Below, piece by piece: positions 48,804 through 52,393 of a stretch of 52,393 nucleotides of DNA (the stretch's first letter is position 1; every line of letters starts with the position of its first letter). The stretch is from a virus (Duplodnaviria > Caudoviricetes): IMG/VR virus record IMGVR_UViG_3300035228_000496, positions 1 through 52,393 of that record, one strand, 5' to 3'. A program made the translations under genes and the position numbers. The notes under the pieces are model-generated. The model was not told the origin of the DNA, did no database searches, and saw nothing but the letters and a program-made list of their open reading frames with translations.

Positions 48804-49877
48804 ATGTCCGTTGGTAACAATTTACAAGAAATGGAAAACGTAGTAACGAAAGGAGCTGCTGCTGCTGAGCCAATGTCCACAGCTGGTATCCCAGTTGAGG
48901 ATCTCGGCGGTCCTACTCCCGAAAATTCAAGACCCGATGATGATTCTAACAAGTTAAAAGAGCCTGGTGCTACTTTGAAGCAAGTTAAGGATGTCGTCAA
49001 CGCTAAGGCTGCTCCTGCTGAAGAAGTAGAAGTAGACGAGGATCAGGAAGTAGTTTCCGAAGCAGAAGACGCAGTATCCGAGGATTCCGAGGAAATTGTT
49101 GCCGAGGCGGAAGAGACTGAAGAAGAACTCGTAGAAGAAGAAGGATTCGACATTGAAGCAGATGTTCAGGCACTGCTTGAAGGCGAAGAACTCTCTGAAG
49201 AGTTTGAAGAGAAGGCACGTACAATCTTTGAAGCAGCAATTGTTTCTAAGGTTGAAACAATCAAGGAGCAACTGATCGCGAGTTATCAAGAAGCACTCGT
49301 CGAAGAAGTTGTTGCAATTAAAGAAGAACTCAACGAGCGTGTTGATTCTTACCTTGAGTACGTTGCTGATGAGTGGTTCTCTGAGAACGCACTCGCAGTC
49401 GAAAATGGACTTAAGTCTGAAGTTACAGAATCATTCCTTGATGGAATCAAGAGTCTTTTTGAAGAACATTATGTATCAATCCCTGAAGAAAAATATGATG
49501 TACTTGAGAGCATGGTAGATAAACTTGATGAAATGGAAGGTAAACTCAATGAGCAGATCGAAAGAAATGTTGCTCTGAACCGTAGATTAGCAGAATCCTC
49601 TGCAGATGGCATCTTTGCCACTGTTGCTGAAGGTCTCGCAGACACTCAGAAGGAAAAACTTGCTACTCTTGCAGAAAATGTTGAGTTTGAAAGTGAAGCA
49701 GACTATCGTGAGAAGTTGACAACTCTGAGAGGTTCATACTTCCCAGAATCAGCGTCCACTCCAAGCACCTCCGAGAATCTTTCAGAAGAGGTTTCTACCG
49801 ATGAGGTTATTTCCGAGGAAGTATCCCCAATGATGCAAGCCTATCTGCAGACTCTCTCCAGAGCTGCTAAAAAGTGA
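48804..49877 (+). CDS. gp22: Prohead core scaffold protein gp22
   Basis: ELSEEFEEKARTIFEAA, VDSYLEYVADEW, acidic coiled coil, MQAYL. Confidence 0.94.
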   Translation: MSVGNNLQEMENVVTKGAAAAEPMSTAGIPVEDLGGPTPENSRPDDDSNKLKEPGATLKQVKDVVNAKAAPAEEVEVDEDQEVVSEAEDAVSEDSEEIVAEAEETEEELVEEEGFDIEADVQALLEGEELSEEFEEKARTIFEAAIVSKVETIKEQLIASYQEALVEEVVAIKEELNERVDSYLEYVADEWFSENALAVENGLKSEVTESFLDGIKSLFEEHYVSIPEEKYDVLESMVDKLDEMEGKLNEQIERNVALNRRLAESSADGIFATVAEGLADTQKEKLATLAENVEFESEADYREKLTTLRGSYFPESASTPSTSENLSEEVSTDEVISEEVSPMMQAYLQTLSRAAKK

Positions 49878-49928
49878 TTTTTAAATCATAAACGTTCAAA
49901 CTAACTTTTAATAGAGGTTTAATTTCAA

Positions 49929-51323
49929 ATGCAGATGCATAATACTGAAGCTCTGCAGGAGAAGTGGGCACCCGTTCTCGATTACGAAGGAATGAATCCT
50001 ATCCAGGATTCCCATCGTAGAGCGGTTACCGCAGTCCTGCTTGAGAATCAAGAAGCAACTCTCCGTGAAGAGAGAGAATTCCTTTCCGAAGGACCAACCG
50101 TTTCCACCAACACTGGATCAAATGCAGGTTTCTCTGCTGGCGCTTCCTCACCTGTTGCTGGTTTCGACCCCGTTCTGATCTCCTTGATCAGACGTGCAAT
50201 GCCTAACCTGGTCGCATATGACCTCGCAGGTGTGCAACCAATGTCCGGACCTACTGGACTTATCTTCGCAATGCGCTCCCGTTATACTGGTCAATCCGGT
50301 ACCGAAGCGTTGTTCAACGAAGCAGACACAGCATTCGCAGGTCAGTCCGCTAACCTCAACAACTCCGATGGATTCTCCAACGGTACTGTTGGTATGGGTA
50401 CCACCACACAGCGTGGTTCTAACCCTGGCGCACTTGATCCTACTGCACCCGCAACTGGCGATGCTCAGACCTACAACGTAGGTCAGGGTATGCGTACCGA
50501 TAACGCTGAGAACCTTGGCGACGGTACTGAAGGTGCATTCAACGAGATGGCATTCTCGATCGAGAAAGTCACCGTAACCGCTAAGTCCAGAGCTCTGAAA
50601 GCAGAGTACTCCTTGGAACTGGCACAAGACCTCAAGGCAATCCACGGATTGAACGCTGAGGCTGAACTCGCAAACATTCTCTCCACAGAGATTCTTGCTG
50701 AGATCAACCGTGAAGTCATCCGTACAATCTACAACGTTGCAGAACCTGGCGCACAGGCTAACGTTGCTACTGGCGGAACCTTCGACCTCGACGTTGACTC
50801 CAACGGTCGCTGGTCTGTTGAGAAGTTCAAAGGTCTGATCTTCCAGATCGAAAGAGATGCTAACGCGATTGCACAGCGCACTCGTAGAGGCAAGGGAAAC
50901 ATGATTCTGTGTTCCGCAGACGTTGCTTCCGCTCTGACCATGGCAGGCGTACTCGATTACACCCCTGCTCTGAACTCCAACCTCAACGTTGATGACACTG
51001 GCAACACCTTTGCTGGAGTCCTCGCAGGTAAGTATCGCGTATACATCGATCCTTATTCGGCAAACGTTGCAGCATCCCAGTACTACGTTGCTGGTTATAA
51101 GGGTTCTTCACCTTATGATGCAGGACTGTTCTACTGCCCATACGTTCCTCTCCAGATGGTTCGTGCCGTTGGTCAGGACACCTTCCAGCCCAAGATTGGC
51201 TTCAAGACCCGTTATGGTATTGTTGCTAACCCCTTCGCAGAAGGAACCGACGTTGGTGCAGGCGCACTTTCCCGTAACAAGAACCGTTACTACAGACGTG
51301 TCAAGGTCAACAACCTTATGTGA
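49929..51323 (+). CDS. gp23: Major capsid protein gp23
   Basis: LISLIRRAMPNLVAYDLAGVQPMSGPTGLIFAMR, AKSRALKAEYS.ELAQDLKAIHG, TFQPKIGFKTRYG. Confidence 0.99.
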   Translation: MQMHNTEALQEKWAPVLDYEGMNPIQDSHRRAVTAVLLENQEATLREEREFLSEGPTVSTNTGSNAGFSAGASSPVAGFDPVLISLIRRAMPNLVAYDLAGVQPMSGPTGLIFAMRSRYTGQSGTEALFNEADTAFAGQSANLNNSDGFSNGTVGMGTTTQRGSNPGALDPTAPATGDAQTYNVGQGMRTDNAENLGDGTEGAFNEMAFSIEKVTVTAKSRALKAEYSLELAQDLKAIHGLNAEAELANILSTEILAEINREVIRTIYNVAEPGAQANVATGGTFDLDVDSNGRWSVEKFKGLIFQIERDANAIAQRTRRGKGNMILCSADVASALTMAGVLDYTPALNSNLNVDDTGNTFAGVLAGKYRVYIDPYSANVAASQYYVAGYKGSSPYDAGLFYCPYVPLQMVRAVGQDTFQPKIGFKTRYGIVANPFAEGTDVGAGALSRNKNRYYRRVKVNNLM

Positions 51324-51345
51324 TCCATCGGATCCACATTTTCTC

Positions 51346-51372
51346 AAGGGGGTCTTCGGACCCTCTTTTTTT
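51346..51372 (+). terminator. Rho-independent terminator after gp23
   Basis: AAGGGGGTC-TTCG-GACCCTCTT plus T run; cUUCGg tetraloop typical of T4-like phages. Confidence 0.92.
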
Positions 51373-51373
51373 G

Positions 51374-51381
51374 TCTAAATA
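51374..51381 (+). promoter_or_regulatory. Late promoter (CTAAATA variant)
   Basis: TCTAAATA right after the terminator, before ATG 51396. Confidence 0.6.
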
Positions 51382-51395
51382 CCTAAAAACCTCTG

Positions 51396-51572
51396 ATGAA
51401 AACTTTTCAACAATTTAGTGAGAGGGCACTCACTAAATCAGAAGAAGAAAAGAAAGAAGAAATTGTCAAGTCCATGAAGGACAAGAAATCTGAATTCAAG
51501 AAACGCTATGGTGATGATTGGGAAAGTGTAATGTATGCCACTGCAACAAAGAACGCTAAGAGGGTAGCATAA
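51396..51572 (+). CDS. Small putative internal head protein with capsid-targeting sequence (58 aa)
   Basis: Read manually: MKTFQQFSERALTKSEEEKKEEIVKSMKDKKSEFKKRYGDDWESVMYATATKNAKRVA*; stop overlaps the gp3 ATG. Confidence 0.75.
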   Translation: MKTFQQFSERALTKSEEEKKEEIVKSMKDKKSEFKKRYGDDWESVMYATATKNAKRVA

Positions 51573-52135
51573 TGACTTATAGTTCATCATCACAATCTAC
51601 CTGCACTTGGGCAAGTCAAATCAATAACAGAAATTTCTTATCTGGTATTGGATTCAAGTTTAATATTGGTAGATTTCCTAAGGTTGATTTTTTCTGCAAT
51701 ACTGCTAGAATACCAGAAATAAGTTTAGCAACTGCAACACAATCATCATATCTCAAAGACATTGATATTCCAGAGACCAAATTATCTTTTGGTGATCTGA
51801 CGATTCAATTCTTAGTTGATGAGAATCTAGAGAACTATAGAATCGTCCATGATTGGATGTATGGTCTTGGTTTTCCAGAAACTGCTCAGCAATTCAAAGA
51901 TATAACAACTGATGAAGATGGTTATTCAAGAAATATGCCACTTCAATTTGCAGATGGTACTCTTCGCATTCTCAACAGTAACTTCAATGAGGTTGCTAAA
52001 GTAAAATTCCTTGATATGTTCCCTGTGTCACTCAGTTCTCTAGACTTTGATGCAACATCAACTGACGTGAACTACTTTACAGCACAGGCAACATTCAAGT
52101 ATACTGTATATCAATTGACCTCTTCTATTAAATAA
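51572..52135 (+). CDS. gp3: Tail tube terminator / tail completion protein gp3
   Basis: NRNFLS.IGFKF, FGDLTIQFLVDENLENY..VHDWM, FPVSLSSLDFD, ATFKY; position between gp23 and uvsY. Confidence 0.88.
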   Translation: MTYSSSSQSTCTWASQINNRNFLSGIGFKFNIGRFPKVDFFCNTARIPEISLATATQSSYLKDIDIPETKLSFGDLTIQFLVDENLENYRIVHDWMYGLGFPETAQQFKDITTDEDGYSRNMPLQFADGTLRILNSNFNEVAKVKFLDMFPVSLSSLDFDATSTDVNYFTAQATFKYTVYQLTSSIK

Positions 52136-52393
52136 TGGATCTTGAAAAAATTCAGGAAATGTGGCAGAGAGACTCTGTTATAGATCCTGATAACCTACAT
52201 GATGAATCTTTAAAGATTCCACAACTTCATTCAAAGTATTATACAGTATACAATACTATAACATTACTGAGAGAGAAAGCAAGAGGGCAATATAACAAAG
52301 TAAAACTTGAACGTCATAACTTTTACACAGGTAAAGCAGACCCTGTTGTGTATGAAGAAGAACCTTTTCCATATAAAGTCCGTGAGAAAGATG
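52135..52393 (+). CDS. uvsY: Recombination mediator UvsY (3'-truncated by the window)
   Basis: MDLEKIQEMWQRDSVIDPDNLHDESLKIPQLHSKYY...FYTGKA..VYEEEPF. Confidence 0.88.
   Translation, partial: MDLEKIQEMWQRDSVIDPDNLHDESLKIPQLHSKYYTVYNTITLLREKARGQYNKVKLERHNFYTGKADPVVYEEEPFPYKVREKD

Noticed and set aside
49929-51323. Higher GC of gp23 as horizontal transfer
   Set aside because: Explained by C-ending optimal codons in a very highly expressed gene
1018-51378. Numerous minus-strand and out-of-frame ORFs in the ORF track (e.g. 8711-9154, 16784-17215, 34591-35031, 50148-50645)
   Set aside because: They lie within well-supported + strand genes, lack recognisable motifs, and are expected shadows of the codon bias
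1-52393. CRISPR array, tRNA genes, DGR or retron
   Set aside because: No repeat-spacer array, cloverleaf, reverse transcriptase or TR/VR pair noticed by eye; intergenic space is minimal

Overview
This window is the virion morphogenesis (late) module of a T4-like marine cyanomyovirus (Kyanoviridae-type), with all credible genes on the + strand. It opens with a GC-rich structured spacer and a small gene cluster (AbrB/MazE-like protein, a sigma70-driven GT-A glycosyltransferase, three micro-ORFs). Next come baseplate gp25-gp6-gp7 (4480 aa)-gp8, a 2484-aa VrlC-like structural protein, small ORFs and a fibre protein. These are followed by neck gp13/gp14, gp15, terminase gp16/gp17, sheath gp18, tube gp19, portal gp20, prohead core/protease/scaffold gp21/gp22, major capsid gp23, gp3 and the start of uvsY. 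T4-type late promoters (NATAAATA/NCTAAATA) precede most genes. Most notable observations: (1) a ~150-aa segment of gp7 aligns by eye with phycocyanin/phycoerythrin beta subunits and keeps both bilin-attachment Cys positions; (2) neck gene gp14 is split by a ~5.8 kb cassette encoding a gp9-like adaptor, a subtilisin protease and a large putative internal protein; (3) a 56-aa NblA-like ORF sits in the structural operon; (4) there are putative gp21-processed internal head proteins, one with a T4 capsid-targeting sequence. All homology calls come from motif recognition and recall, not from database searches.
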